A DNA stretch of 64,000 nucleotides from Barthelona sp. PAP020. Taxonomy: Eukaryota. Position numbers and translations under genes: made by a program. The stretch's first letter is position 1, and every line of letters starts with the position of its first letter. Under the pieces are notes generated by a model, which saw only the letters and a program-made list of their open reading frames with translations, was not told the origin of the DNA and made no database searches. Location of the stretch: NCBI GenBank assembly GCA_040182905.1, contig JARQWU010000027.1:1-64000 (forward strand), written 5' to 3'. This document shows positions 42,140-53,340 of this stretch, one piece after another.

Positions 42140-45136
42140 TTAATCATCATCACTATCATCACTATCATCACTATCAAGGCTTTGTGTCTCCATAAACTCA
42201 TTCATATTACCACCATTGCTTTCATTAATGTCCACCAAATCCCAACATTCATTCAATATACAATCAAAATCAGATTTAGTGAATAAAGCACCACCACAAA
42301 CCAATTTTCTAATTATTTCCAAATCTTTATTCCATAATATAAAGATGTGAAGAACGTTTAATTCTAATATTTTTCCATTAAAATTAAAATCCAACACAAA
42401 CTTCTTTTCACTAATGATGGTTTCAACCAAATCATTTTCAGATTCTTGAACAGGAACTTGAAAAGATCTACGAAGTACCTGAGAAAACAGAAGCTGGAAA
42501 ATTTGCTGAGAAATTTTGACATTTTTCTTTAATCGAATTTCATTAACATCTATGTGCATGATTAGAGGTATTAATAATGCTTGTACATTTGCCATACTTG
42601 AATCCATCATCCAATCAATCTCTTTTTGGCTTATATGATAATTACATTGAGTGACAAGGAATAAAACGACCGAAGAAAACTGGGTATCTTTGATAAAATC
42701 AAGCAATAAAGGGTGATCTTTTTTACCTGAAACAGAAAGACTGACGTTATACTTGATAAACAATTCAATCCATCTAATGCTGTCTTCAGTGAACAGTTGA
42801 ATGCTTCGATAAACTAAGCTCTGTTCATTTTCATTGACAGCATTAACATCACCTCCTTTGCTTAATAAAAATTGAACTGATTCATAAAGATTACTTTCTA
42901 AAGAAGAAAACAAAAGCGAATTCATATTTGGACTTAACGTTATTTTAGAATTATCATCAGATAACATCGATTTTACAAGCTCAATCGATTGGCTCTTTAA
43001 TAACATCTCAATAACTTGATTATCAATCGGTAACCATTCTAACTTCATCAATTCATTAATAATTTCATCATTCTTAGAACTACAAGCTTTCAGAAAACCA
43101 TCATAAATGACTTGATCCTTATCAACAGTTCTATTTTCAATATATTGATCAAGAGTCAAACGTACAAATTCCAACAAATTGAAGGAACAAAAAGAAGGAA
43201 ACAATTTCATTAACAAATCCAAATTCAAACCCTTAAATAACCAATTCAAATTATCAGTGCCAAGATTTTCAGCCAAAATATTCAAAGGGGTTTCTTTTGC
43301 CTTATTCTCTTCCATAAGAATGTCAAATAACTGATCTTTTGATATAAAAGTTAAGAGATTATTCAGTAATTTAATACATTTTGCATCACTCTTTACACAA
43401 AGATAATGTATGGGGTTATTTCCCTTCTTATCCCTTATAAATAAAACTCTGGTATCTTTAACCATAATATCTTCCATTATCTTAAAATATCGAGCAATTT
43501 TTTCCTCATTGGTCATCTCAATGAACTTTAAACACATAATTAACAAAATAGTTTGTTGATAATTGTTCTTTTGCAGCAAATTAATCTTTGAAACATTTAA
43601 AAAGAGTTCTGCAATGTCATATCGCTCATACTCAATTGCTTCCATCAGTAAAGAACTGCGTTCCATCGTCAAATGATTGACATCCAAACAATTAAGCAAT
43701 AACTTTGCCATCTCATAATATCCATGAATAACAGCCATATTTAAAGCAGTATATCTTTCCTTCAGTGAAAATATATTAAAATCCGTTTGCCATTTCAGCA
43801 AAAGTTTGGCGATTTCAAGTTGATTTAATTTTGCCGCCAAAAATAATGGAGTAATATTGTTCTTCATAACTAAATCGCAATTTAATTCTTGACACGACAA
43901 TAAATATTTCAAAATGTTGATAGCACCTTTTCTGACAGCTATATGGACAAAGCTCTCCTCCTCTTCATAGACACTCTCAATATCAATCATTCCCAAACAT
44001 GTTAAACAAGCAAACATTTCAACTCGATCATTTTGCATTACCCTGTCAAAAAGTAATGATTCAAAAATTTCCTGATCACTCTCCTCAATATAAACTTGTC
44101 CATTATATAAAAGCAAAAGAAATGAAGTAAAATTGCCACAATCAACACTAGTTTCCCATAGATCATAAAACTCCTCAATAACTTTTGGTTCTTGTGTCAA
44201 AAAATGTGAAATAATATCCTTTGATCCCTGTTTAATGGCTTCGATATAATCCGCTTTTGTAAATATGCGCTGCTCATTTTCTGAAACTCTGCAAAGTTCC
44301 AATCTTTCCCTTTCAATATTGAACGATTCTTTCTCCAGTAAAAAGTTAAAATACATAAAAAGCTCATCAAATGATATTTTACCATTGGTGCATCTTTCAA
44401 TAATCCCTGACATAAACTCCCAATGCTCTATAGAACTGCCTTTCTTCAATAATTCTCCAAAATACCAAACGTCCCTCTCATTGGTGTTCATTGAAAACGG
44501 ACACTTATCTTCTTCATTTTCATATCCCCAATTAATAATGTGTAAATTTTCCATTTTAATACATAAATTTTGAGCAGATAAACATCCATGATGAATTCCT
44601 CTGTGATGTAATACAGCCATGGATCTGCATAATGTTCGAAACATATCTATTTTATGCATGAAACCTCCAACATATTCAAAAAAGAAATGAAAATCAATAG
44701 GCTTTGAATAAACAATACCAATTTTATCTTCTTCTTTATTTTGATCATCTTTAATTATTGTATATCCAAGAGCTTTTAAAAAAATGTCATTGTTTTGAAA
44801 AGAAAATGCAATATCCCTCAAAAAATTTGTATTTTCAACAGTTTGATCTTTAAAAATCTTCACATACCTTGCTTTTTTCACTGTTTTTCCACTTGTATTT
44901 TTACATTCATGTAGATATTCTTGTATTATTGCATTACCATAATCAAAAACAAATAAATCAGATCCAACAGAGAATTTTTCAAAAGGTAACATGGGACCAT
45001 TTCTAATCTCTTCTAAAATCTTTTCATAATTGGTGTCAACAGAAATATCGTCATTTTCAATTATTTCTCCACTATATTCAAAATTGTCTGTAATTATTGA
45101 ATATAAAATTGGGTAATTATCTAATTCTACAAACAT
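42140..45136 (-). CDS. Pseudokinase + ankyrin-repeat protein with CWDL..NGGNM C-terminal module
   Basis: Kinase-like region has HHGCLSAQN for HRD and INWG for DFG. Ankyrin repeats include NITPLFLAAKLNQLEIAKLLL and YTALNMAVIHGYYEMAKLLL. Confidence 0.85.
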   Translation of the reverse strand: MFVELDNYPILYSIITDNFEYSGEIIENDDISVDTNYEKILEEIRNGPMLPFEKFSVGSDLFVFDYGNAIIQEYLHECKNTSGKTVKKARYVKIFKDQTVENTNFLRDIAFSFQNNDIFLKALGYTIIKDDQNKEEDKIGIVYSKPIDFHFFFEYVGGFMHKIDMFRTLCRSMAVLHHRGIHHGCLSAQNLCIKMENLHIINWGYENEEDKCPFSMNTNERDVWYFGELLKKGSSIEHWEFMSGIIERCTNGKISFDELFMYFNFLLEKESFNIERERLELCRVSENEQRIFTKADYIEAIKQGSKDIISHFLTQEPKVIEEFYDLWETSVDCGNFTSFLLLLYNGQVYIEESDQEIFESLLFDRVMQNDRVEMFACLTCLGMIDIESVYEEEESFVHIAVRKGAINILKYLLSCQELNCDLVMKNNITPLFLAAKLNQLEIAKLLLKWQTDFNIFSLKERYTALNMAVIHGYYEMAKLLLNCLDVNHLTMERSSLLMEAIEYERYDIAELFLNVSKINLLQKNNYQQTILLIMCLKFIEMTNEEKIARYFKIMEDIMVKDTRVLFIRDKKGNNPIHYLCVKSDAKCIKLLNNLLTFISKDQLFDILMEENKAKETPLNILAENLGTDNLNWLFKGLNLDLLMKLFPSFCSFNLLEFVRLTLDQYIENRTVDKDQVIYDGFLKACSSKNDEIINELMKLEWLPIDNQVIEMLLKSQSIELVKSMLSDDNSKITLSPNMNSLLFSSLESNLYESVQFLLSKGGDVNAVNENEQSLVYRSIQLFTEDSIRWIELFIKYNVSLSVSGKKDHPLLLDFIKDTQFSSVVLFLVTQCNYHISQKEIDWMMDSSMANVQALLIPLIMHIDVNEIRLKKNVKISQQIFQLLFSQVLRRSFQVPVQESENDLVETIISEKKFVLDFNFNGKILELNVLHIFILWNKDLEIIRKLVCGGALFTKSDFDCILNECWDLVDINESNGGNMNEFMETQSLDSDDSDDSDDD

Positions 45137-45586
45137 TCACTTGAAAGAATTGTTTGTTCTTTGAAAAAAAAAAAAAAAACAAGGCTATTTCGAAAACATT
45201 CCCAAATATGAGAGTCTAGATCGATTAATAAGCATTGAATCCAAATCTTTTTTTACATCTGAATGTGTTTTCTGAAATACAACAATGCTTTTCTTTGATT
45301 CATTGGTTTTTCAAAGAATAGAATTTTATCACATGCACCCACGCACGCACACACACACAAAAAGTGTATGGAATAATTGCAGAACCATAATTTAAAATAG
45401 TTATGGAGTCATTTCTTGGACAATTTATTTTCTTTTTTTAGCAAAAGAAGCCTTTCAAATTTTTATTATTGAACCAACATTTTTCAAATTTCTAAATCAA
45501 TATTCAAAAAACAATAATAAAATAAGTCAATACAAAACAAAAAGTACAATTTACAAACATTTCCATAATTGATCTACATTATCTCT

Positions 45587-46954
45587 TCATAATTCGTCCA
45601 AGATTTCCTCAAGAATTTGAATAAAGGAATCAATTTGTTGTTTTTGAATACCTATTGAAGCAGCAGCAGTCAAATAAGGAAATAAATTTGAAGAATGAGA
45701 TTCCCAATTTTCAATAATTCCATCACCATTAAATTGATCTAAGTCAACATTTTTTGTGCCATCAACAACTCTACATCCAGTAACACCCCTAAAAAACAGT
45801 TGTGAGCCGATTTCAGTAGGATTACCAACATTTTGAAGTGTCAAACCAATTGATAGAGGATTGCTACCACCAATAATTCTTTCTGAGTACTTACTTGCTA
45901 AAATACTCATTCTTTCCTTCAAATATTCATAATTTTGTTCTCGTTCTTTCAGTAATTCAAAATATTTATTCAAACCCATCGACAACAACGTAACAAAAAC
46001 ATCTACAATTGGATAACTGCTTGCCCTACCAGGATAACATTTGGATAAATTCTGTATTCCTTTCTTATCACTAAACACAACAGATCCTCCAACGGGAACC
46101 ATTAAATTCTTGTCAGTTGATTGAACAACATAATTTAATGGATGTAATTTGTAGGCTATGTCCAATTGATTCATGACAAAAGGCACTTGAAAACCAAAAG
46201 AGTTATTAACAACATGAGATAATTGAAACTTTTTGCAAATCTTTGAAATTTCAACAACATTATCAGGTTCACGTGGTGCAAAGCAACCTGTGGTTGAAAG
46301 AACACACAATATTTTTTCTTTGTTCCTTCCGCAAAAATCTTCAATTGCTAACAGATTAGTCTGAATTCTGTCATCAATTGTAACTTGATCAATAACAATA
46401 GGAATACAGTTGGCTAAAGCAATAGCTTTTAAAGGTGACTTGTGATCGACCCTGCTGAGAATAACCAAATTTTTTTCTGGTGATATCGTTTTTAAAGCAC
46501 TCATTGAGAAAAATAATCCCATTCCAGTGGCCACAGGCAAAACAATTGAACTCTTTGCACTTTTAAAACCTAATTGTTTGGCAAGTTTTAAAAGGAAAGT
46601 ATTAGTCAATCGATACAAAGTAGTTGACCCTACTGCTTTGGGTTGTGCAGCAATTATATCACCTGATCTTCCAATGCCATGTGCAAAACCAAAAGCTCTA
46701 TTTTCGATCAAACTACTATAGAGTCTGCCTTCTCTTTCACCAATTTGATGAGAATTTAAGAAATTATTAGAGTCTAATGAAGCTAATTCTGATAATATCA
46801 ATTGAATATGAGTCATGGACAATGGTTCATCTGGAATTTTTTTTTGAGTTAACAATTGTTTTGTAAAATTTGAGAATGATTGATTCGCTTGAATCGCTCG
46901 TTTACTTCCTGTTTTATTTGATATCAAATCAATTTGATCAACATTCGACAACAT
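45587..46954 (-). CDS. SEPSECS: O-phosphoseryl-tRNA(Sec) selenium transferase
   Basis: LDSNNF..IGEREGR, HGIGRSGDI.A.QPKA.GS, PVATGM, QSTDKN.MVPVGG and YPGRAS. Confidence 0.96.
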   Translation of the reverse strand: MLSNVDQIDLISNKTGSKRAIQANQSFSNFTKQLLTQKKIPDEPLSMTHIQLILSELASLDSNNFLNSHQIGEREGRLYSSLIENRAFGFAHGIGRSGDIIAAQPKAVGSTTLYRLTNTFLLKLAKQLGFKSAKSSIVLPVATGMGLFFSMSALKTISPEKNLVILSRVDHKSPLKAIALANCIPIVIDQVTIDDRIQTNLLAIEDFCGRNKEKILCVLSTTGCFAPREPDNVVEISKICKKFQLSHVVNNSFGFQVPFVMNQLDIAYKLHPLNYVVQSTDKNLMVPVGGSVVFSDKKGIQNLSKCYPGRASSYPIVDVFVTLLSMGLNKYFELLKEREQNYEYLKERMSILASKYSERIIGGSNPLSIGLTLQNVGNPTEIGSQLFFRGVTGCRVVDGTKNVDLDQFNGDGIIENWESHSSNLFPYLTAAASIGIQKQQIDSFIQILEEILDEL

Positions 46955-47034
46955 TTAATAAAGGAAAAATAAAAACAAAAAACAATCACATATCAAACCA
47001 CGTTAACATATTTACAATACCATTCACACAGCAT

Positions 47035-47853
47035 TTATACAACTGAATCGATTTTTTGATGTAAAGCATCATTGGAATTGGAACGAATGATTTGTTTCTG
47101 TGAATCAGCCAAATTGTTTGAAGAAATGATTTCAGCGTCATTCAAGTCAGAATACGGGAATCTAGAAAATATGGGTGAACCATTAAATGAAATACTCAAT
47201 TCATACCCGTTGAAATCGTAAAATAATGAGCCAAAATACGCCATCAAAGACAAAACAGTCAAATATTGAAAAAATGCTGCTATCCATCTAGAATATATAT
47301 TTTTAGGAATGAATGGCCACAACATAATTGTTAAATAAGGAATGGCACATATGACAGTCATGGCCAACACAGTTTTCTTGAATTTTAGATGATGATCGAA
47401 CTTTTGACAAAACCTCAAGCTAGTGTCATTCTGAGCTTTCAACTTATGAATGGTTGTCGTGATGACAATCGCAACAATAATCGCAGCAATGAAATAAACT
47501 TGTGCAAGAGTTGAATGCAACATCAAATGATCGTATGTATCAATAAATGACAACCCTGATAAACCAATAAACATTATGAAGGCACAAATTTCAATCAAAA
47601 ACAAAAACATACGATTTAACTTAGAAACATGAGGAGATACAATTATTGAAAAGAATAAAATGGAAACACATTGTAGTATTGCTGTAAATGTTAGACCAAA
47701 AGTAAAAACTACATATTGAGGATATCTCCCACCTGTTTCAGAAATATAAGGTATACCACTAACATGACCTAAAATTCTTGCAACAATATAAACAGTAATA
47801 ATTGTAATTGCTGCAACAGTACAACCAATAACAGGTATTTTGGATAATTTCAT
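47035..47853 (-). CDS. Frag1/DRAM/Sfk1 (TMEM150)-family membrane protein
   Basis: GHV..IPYISETGGRYPQYVVF motif, 6 TM segments and a conserved His in LHSTLA. Confidence 0.8.
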   Translation of the reverse strand: MKLSKIPVIGCTVAAITIITVYIVARILGHVSGIPYISETGGRYPQYVVFTFGLTFTAILQCVSILFFSIIVSPHVSKLNRMFLFLIEICAFIMFIGLSGLSFIDTYDHLMLHSTLAQVYFIAAIIVAIVITTTIHKLKAQNDTSLRFCQKFDHHLKFKKTVLAMTVICAIPYLTIMLWPFIPKNIYSRWIAAFFQYLTVLSLMAYFGSLFYDFNGYELSISFNGSPIFSRFPYSDLNDAEIISSNNLADSQKQIIRSNSNDALHQKIDSVV

Positions 47854-48403
47854 GTTTAAAATAAAAAAAAATAATTAATACAATCAATTGAACAACAGAT
47901 AATCAAAAAAATACCAAATAATAAATTAAATTAAATTAAAACAAGTGTAGAAATCAATACTACAGAAAAATATTAAACTGTTTTCTTCTCAAAAATTAAT
48001 AAAACTGGCCATATTAATTGTGTTGATACTTTAAATGACCCAAAAAAAAGCACGTAAAAACAAAAAGCAACAAGCACCTTCAAACATGAAATCTTTTCTA
48101 AAAAATTCACATTCAAACAACAGTAATAAACATTATTCTTTCAAAGAGCAAAAAATAAGATGTCCCAAAAAAAAAACTTCCAGACAACTTCAACCAATAT
48201 CACATGTTTCCTCTTCCCTCGTAATATTTTCAACTCCGTTTATTTGTCTAACTAAATCTAATTTATTACTTCATAAAATCAGAAAAAACAAAAACAAAAT
48301 AGAATAATCCAATTTTCTTCAAAGATTATTGATTAAAATGACTGATCAGCAATTGTATTTCACACTAATAAATATTTAATAGTTTTATTTTTATGATAAG
48401 AAG

Positions 48404-49279
48404 ATGAAAAAAGTCAATTCAATTATCAATTTTATGTCCACCGAAGAAACGAGAAACAAACCTATTCCAAAATCCAACACTTTACCTCAAACAACTCATG
48501 TTGACCGATTTTTAAATGTTATTTCCAATATTTCATTGATTTTTTTAGTTTGTGCAACATTATTCTTGACAAATTTAAAAAAACCAATACATAATTGTGA
48601 AAACGTTCATGATTTTTTTAAAATAGGTTCACTTTATGCGTACATTTCATTAAATTTATTTTTTAGCATGTTAGTTCAATGGAGAAAAACTGCAACTCCT
48701 TTTATCAATATGGTGGTGGTTTTGTTTGGTATTATCATAACTGGGCCCTTCATTTTTGGTCTTTTGTTATTTTCTGGGATTTGGAATGCGCAAAATTTTT
48801 CCTTTACCTATTTATTTGATGTAACCTTATATTCATTAATATATTTAGTTGTTCCTTTGTTTTCATATTTTGGCTTTAGAATTGATTGCATCTTACACAT
48901 TGTTGTTCTGTTTAAACCAAGAACATATGGTGAAAGAACGATTACCACGTTATTTTGGTCAACTTTCTTTGGTATTATTGTGTCATTGTTAGCGTGTAGT
49001 TTGGGTTGGGGTGGACAATATGTTAAATTTCCTATTTCTTTCGCATATGTGATACCATCATGTTTTTGTTTTGGTTGCATGATTAACATTGCATTCACTT
49101 TTATAAGTTTGTTCAAAAAGAAAATTAATTCAGAAGTGCCTCAAAACACTCCTGTTATTATTGAAACACCACCTAACAATGTGGGAACTCCGGTGTCGCC
49201 CATCGAAACTCCCAATGATGTTTTAGAAACAGATAAAGAGGTTCAATCCAATATTATTAGTCCAAACCCTAATTTTTAA
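48404..49279 (+). CDS. PIGF: GPI biosynthesis protein PIG-F/Gpi11-like
   Basis: Multi-TM protein. TFFGIIVSLLACSLGWGGQYVKFPIS aligns with PIG-F GAWLGAxPxPLDWxRPWQxWPI. Confidence 0.6.
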   Translation: MKKVNSIINFMSTEETRNKPIPKSNTLPQTTHVDRFLNVISNISLIFLVCATLFLTNLKKPIHNCENVHDFFKIGSLYAYISLNLFFSMLVQWRKTATPFINMVVVLFGIIITGPFIFGLLLFSGIWNAQNFSFTYLFDVTLYSLIYLVVPLFSYFGFRIDCILHIVVLFKPRTYGERTITTLFWSTFFGIIVSLLACSLGWGGQYVKFPISFAYVIPSCFCFGCMINIAFTFISLFKKKINSEVPQNTPVIIETPPNNVGTPVSPIETPNDVLETDKEVQSNIISPNPNF

Positions 49280-49326
49280 ACGTGATGTAAATGAAGTGAA
49301 AAAAAAAATTTTTTTATTTTTTTTTA

Positions 49327-51011
49327 ATGAAGCTGACTGTCAAATTTGTGGGTAAAAAACCCTTAATATTTGAAGATGTTGATCCAAATGTAATATTTTA
49401 TGATTATTATTGTTTTTAACTAATGAATAGATAAGTATTGAAGAGTTACGAGGAATGATATCTGAGCAAATGGAAATTGATGCACAACGTATTAAACTTA
49501 TTTATACTGCGAATCAATTGGAAAATGGTAGAACGTTAAGTAGCTATGGTATTTCGGGAGAAGAAAAAGCCATTCATTGTGTTATTAGAGCACCACGTTC
49601 CACCGCTCAAAGACAGAGTACAACTTCGAATACAACCACAAATAATGAAAGTCCAGAAGAAGTCGAAAATCTTTTTCAACCAATACCAGGAAGACCAAGA
49701 AGACCAGGAAGACCTTTTTTAAATCCAAATTTACGCAGACCACGTACTCAAACATTTCGTTTTCAAGCAAATGCTAATGGAGCTACTGGTGATGAAGCAA
49801 TACAAAACTTGTTACAACAATTTCTTCCTCAAGTCACTTCTTTATTTCCGAATCAAAGAGGTGATAGAAATCGATTACCAGCAACTTTAGCAATGCCTGT
49901 ACATATTCCAGCAACAAGTGAAGAAAGAATGAGGCTTTTAACGTTTCCCAAGCATTTTTTTTTGTCTTTTATTTTTCATCGCTTGTTTTGGTGTCTTACC
50001 ATCAACGATTTCATTAATTTACTTGATGCTTCACAACTCGATTGCATTGATAATGTCCATGCGGGTTTACGTCGTGGTCTATTAAATCTAATGCATCGTT
50101 TGCCACCTCATGAAAGGTTAATAGAAATGCATAGTCTCAATAACATGCAAGAATTGGAAAATTGGAGTTCTTGTTTTGGATTCACTTTACAGGAGATTAT
50201 TGACTCAACAAATGGTATTTCTGAATTACGTAAAGATGTTTCTTTAACTGATTTTCCGGAGCTTGTCAGTCATTTAAGAGATGAATTGTTAAGTATGCTT
50301 TTATCTCGTGGTGAAACGACAGGTTTGAGAGCTGGTGTAGATATTGAGACCGAATTAAGACCAATAATAACCCAATTTACTGTTCGAGTTGTTGCAGGTA
50401 TTTTAAGTGACCCTGCTACCAATGCATTTTCCCTACAACATTGTTTGATGTTTGCAGGTAGTCAAGCTGTACGTGCCATTCTACAAGAGAGAGGACCTGG
50501 ATGGTTTGTACAAGGACAAAGTGGCGTCAGACAATGGATTGTTAGTGTTGCTCAAAATTCTGGAGATGATGATGATGCTCATGGAACTACAGTTGTGGAA
50601 ACCTTAAACAAGTGGATTCGTGTTCTTTTAGAGTATAATGTTGAAAATCATGCTTCTCATGATATTAGAGAACCAACTAAATTTCCTCCTGTTTCAATGG
50701 AAAGGCCTCTTTCTTCCAACACTTTATTACCTCAAAGATTAAGTCAATTTCCTCATCCTGAACCTTTAGATGATTGTTTACTCTGTGCTTATGTTCGTGA
50801 TTGTCTTTTGGATGAAGAAATCACTCAATATTTACCAAATAGCTCACATTTTGAAATTTCAACTGAAAATCTTCCTCCAATAGCTTCGAATGAGGCTTGG
50901 AAATTTTTTTGTTCGGATGAACAGTTAGATATTATAAACCATGGGCTTGATATCAACATATCTGAGGAGGACCTATTGAATGACCTGTCTAAAGACTTCT
51001 TCATGTTTTGA
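49327..51011 (+). CDS. N-terminal ubiquitin-like domain protein (possibly BAG6-like); exons 49327-49389 and 49431-51011
   Basis: The spliced product MKLTVKFVGKKPLIFEDVDPNISIEELRGMISEQMEIDAQRIKLIYTANQLENGRTLSSYGI is a complete UBL fold. Confidence 0.8.
49390..49430 (+). other. 41-nt spliceosomal intron (phase 0)
   Basis: GTAATA...ACTAATGAATAG. Removing it completes the UBL domain in frame. Confidence 0.85.
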
Positions 51012-51306
51012 TGAAAAGAATAAAGACAAGATAAAAATTAAGCAAAGAATTTAATTTCTGCGGAAAATTTGAGTGCATAAAAAAGTAAATTTTGTCTATT
51101 TTTTTTTCTTGTTACTTTTACTTCTACCTTTACTGTTATATGACACAATGGTCTTTGGCCAACATGCAAAACATGCAGTTTCTTTGTAAAACAAAAAAAT
51201 AACAACAATTAGGCTAAATTTATACTTTCCAAAAAAAAAACAATCATTTCTCTGATTGAACGAATCAAAAGATTATCCATACAAATCAAACAATGCAAGA
51301 AACCTG

Positions 51307-53340
51307 TTACTTTCTAGGAGGAAATACCTTGGCTTTCAAAGCTTCATATTGATCCCATAAACTTTGATCTAATAAAGGCAAATCACCCGATTTGTTCAAC
51401 CTTTTCATAGCTTCAATCTTCAAAATATACTTTGTAGCTTCTCTTTTAACATTTGTAATTTTTTTGAGTCTTATTACACCAAGAGGATCCTTATCAACTT
51501 TAGTTTTTTCACCTGGTGCATCCTCCAAATAATCGTCCCCATGATTATCGGCATCATTTTCATGAGTATCATTTAATTCTTCAAGGTCTTCATCTTCTTC
51601 TTCTTTGTGATCCGCAACAGCAATTTCTTCCAAACTGTCTTTATAATGATCAAAACCAAAAGCTTCCAGATCAAACAATACACTCAAAATACCGACAGCT
51701 CCCAATAAATAATCGTTATGCCAAGTTCTGTTGGCTATAGACCGATAAGATTCAATAAATGGCACATATGTACCTATTGAAACAATAGGATAATGGAAAG
51801 CTTCGTAATAAAACTCATCAAATTGATCGAAGGTGTCAAAGATCACATCGTAGTACTTCAATGCTTCAGCAAACTTCCCTTCTTGTAAAAAGTGAGGGGC
51901 AATCAACTTAGCAATCCAAACGATGTTACTACTGACCACGTGAGATGTCAAAGTATCTGAAGGATGAATCCAATGTTTGTAAGCTTTCAATCCAGCAGTA
52001 ACATCTTTTTTTAATAACAGTTTTACTATTAAATTATGGGAATACCTGTCAATATCATCGACTTCCTCCAACAGATAAGCAAATTCTAGAGCTTTGTCAA
52101 TATCACTAATTTCAAAGAATCTCATGGACAAATAGTAATAATTTCTTGTTTCTAACTTATCAACTGCAAGAGATTCATACACTTTTTCAAACGCTTCAAT
52201 ATTTCCAACAGTGAAATAGAAATCAGCAAGGGTTAATTTATAGTTTTCCTCTTCTTCATTCTCTTGAATGATCTTTAACAATATACTTTCAAAAATTTCA
52301 GTATTTGTCTTGAAAATTGCCATATTTTCCACATCTCTAATGCAAGAAATTTTTCCACACCTGATTCTTAAATGTTTTTCCAATTCTTCTCTAAAAATAT
52401 CAGCAAAATCAACATTTTTACTTAAATATTCCAAATAAAACAATTTCAATGGCAAACTATTATACTTTCCAACTAAATTCTCTAAAACATCCTTTCTTTC
52501 TTTCAATTCATCAAACAACTCCAAATACTCGTTGATACATCCAACATTTGAACAATTCCACTCAATTTTTTTTTCATATATCTCCTTCAATAAATCATAC
52601 TGCTTTAATTCTTTATATGCTTTGATTAAAAGATCCATTTGTTGAGATTTGTTAGAAATACTCTCATTCTTTAATATTTCCAAAGATTCTTCATATTTAC
52701 CTGCTTCTTGATACAAAAAAGCCTTATACAAATAAAATTCAGACATCTTAAAATTGTTATACTTCTGTTGACCTTTTGAAATCAATTCTTCCCAATCGTT
52801 AATAATCTCACAAGCTTGATTAACATCACCAAACAGATGTGTGGAAACACAAAACATTGCCCAATTAGCAGCCCTTTCAGGACGTAGATTAAGCATCTTT
52901 CTGCGATAATTCAATAGATCTTTCATTGATCGCAATGAAAAATAACATTCACCTAATTTAGCGTACAAAGTGAAAAGCTCATTGTTATCACAATATTTCA
53001 CACCATTGTCAAATGCTTTGATTGCCAATTTATGTTGTTTATCTGATTTATAAACAGTACCTAATGCTTGCCAAGCCAATCTGGAATTGGGTAAAAATTT
53101 AGTTGCTTTTAAAGCATTGTCCAAAGCTTCTTCATGATTCTTTTTAGAATCACTACCATTCAATAATAAAGCATGTAAGGTCAATAAATCACCATTTTCA
53201 GGATACAAAGCCAATAATGGTTTTAAAACCTTTAATCCAGCCTGATAATTTCTTTGATCAAAATTCTGAACAACTTTTTGAAAAATTGTCTTTGATTTGT
53301 TATCTAAGCCACTACCTGGTTCATGTGGTGTCAAACTCAT
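51307..53340 (-). CDS. NAA15: NatA auxiliary subunit Naa15/Nat1
   Basis: N-terminal TPRs (FQKVVQNFDQRNYQAGLK..IL...PENGD), LNLRP..ANW, DDIDRY, FDEF...FHY and DKDPLG. ATG is at 53340. Confidence 0.85.
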   Translation of the reverse strand: MSLTPHEPGSGLDNKSKTIFQKVVQNFDQRNYQAGLKVLKPLLALYPENGDLLTLHALLLNGSDSKKNHEEALDNALKATKFLPNSRLAWQALGTVYKSDKQHKLAIKAFDNGVKYCDNNELFTLYAKLGECYFSLRSMKDLLNYRRKMLNLRPERAANWAMFCVSTHLFGDVNQACEIINDWEELISKGQQKYNNFKMSEFYLYKAFLYQEAGKYEESLEILKNESISNKSQQMDLLIKAYKELKQYDLLKEIYEKKIEWNCSNVGCINEYLELFDELKERKDVLENLVGKYNSLPLKLFYLEYLSKNVDFADIFREELEKHLRIRCGKISCIRDVENMAIFKTNTEIFESILLKIIQENEEEENYKLTLADFYFTVGNIEAFEKVYESLAVDKLETRNYYYLSMRFFEISDIDKALEFAYLLEEVDDIDRYSHNLIVKLLLKKDVTAGLKAYKHWIHPSDTLTSHVVSSNIVWIAKLIAPHFLQEGKFAEALKYYDVIFDTFDQFDEFYYEAFHYPIVSIGTYVPFIESYRSIANRTWHNDYLLGAVGILSVLFDLEAFGFDHYKDSLEEIAVADHKEEEDEDLEELNDTHENDADNHGDDYLEDAPGEKTKVDKDPLGVIRLKKITNVKREATKYILKIEAMKRLNKSGDLPLLDQSLWDQYEALKAKVFPPRK

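Noticed and set aside
45331..45358. Short CA/CACG microsatellite
   Set aside because: Ordinary simple repeat.
48035..48307. 90-aa Lys-rich ORF
   Set aside because: Composition follows A-tract intergenic DNA and there is no motif. It cannot be supported without expression data.
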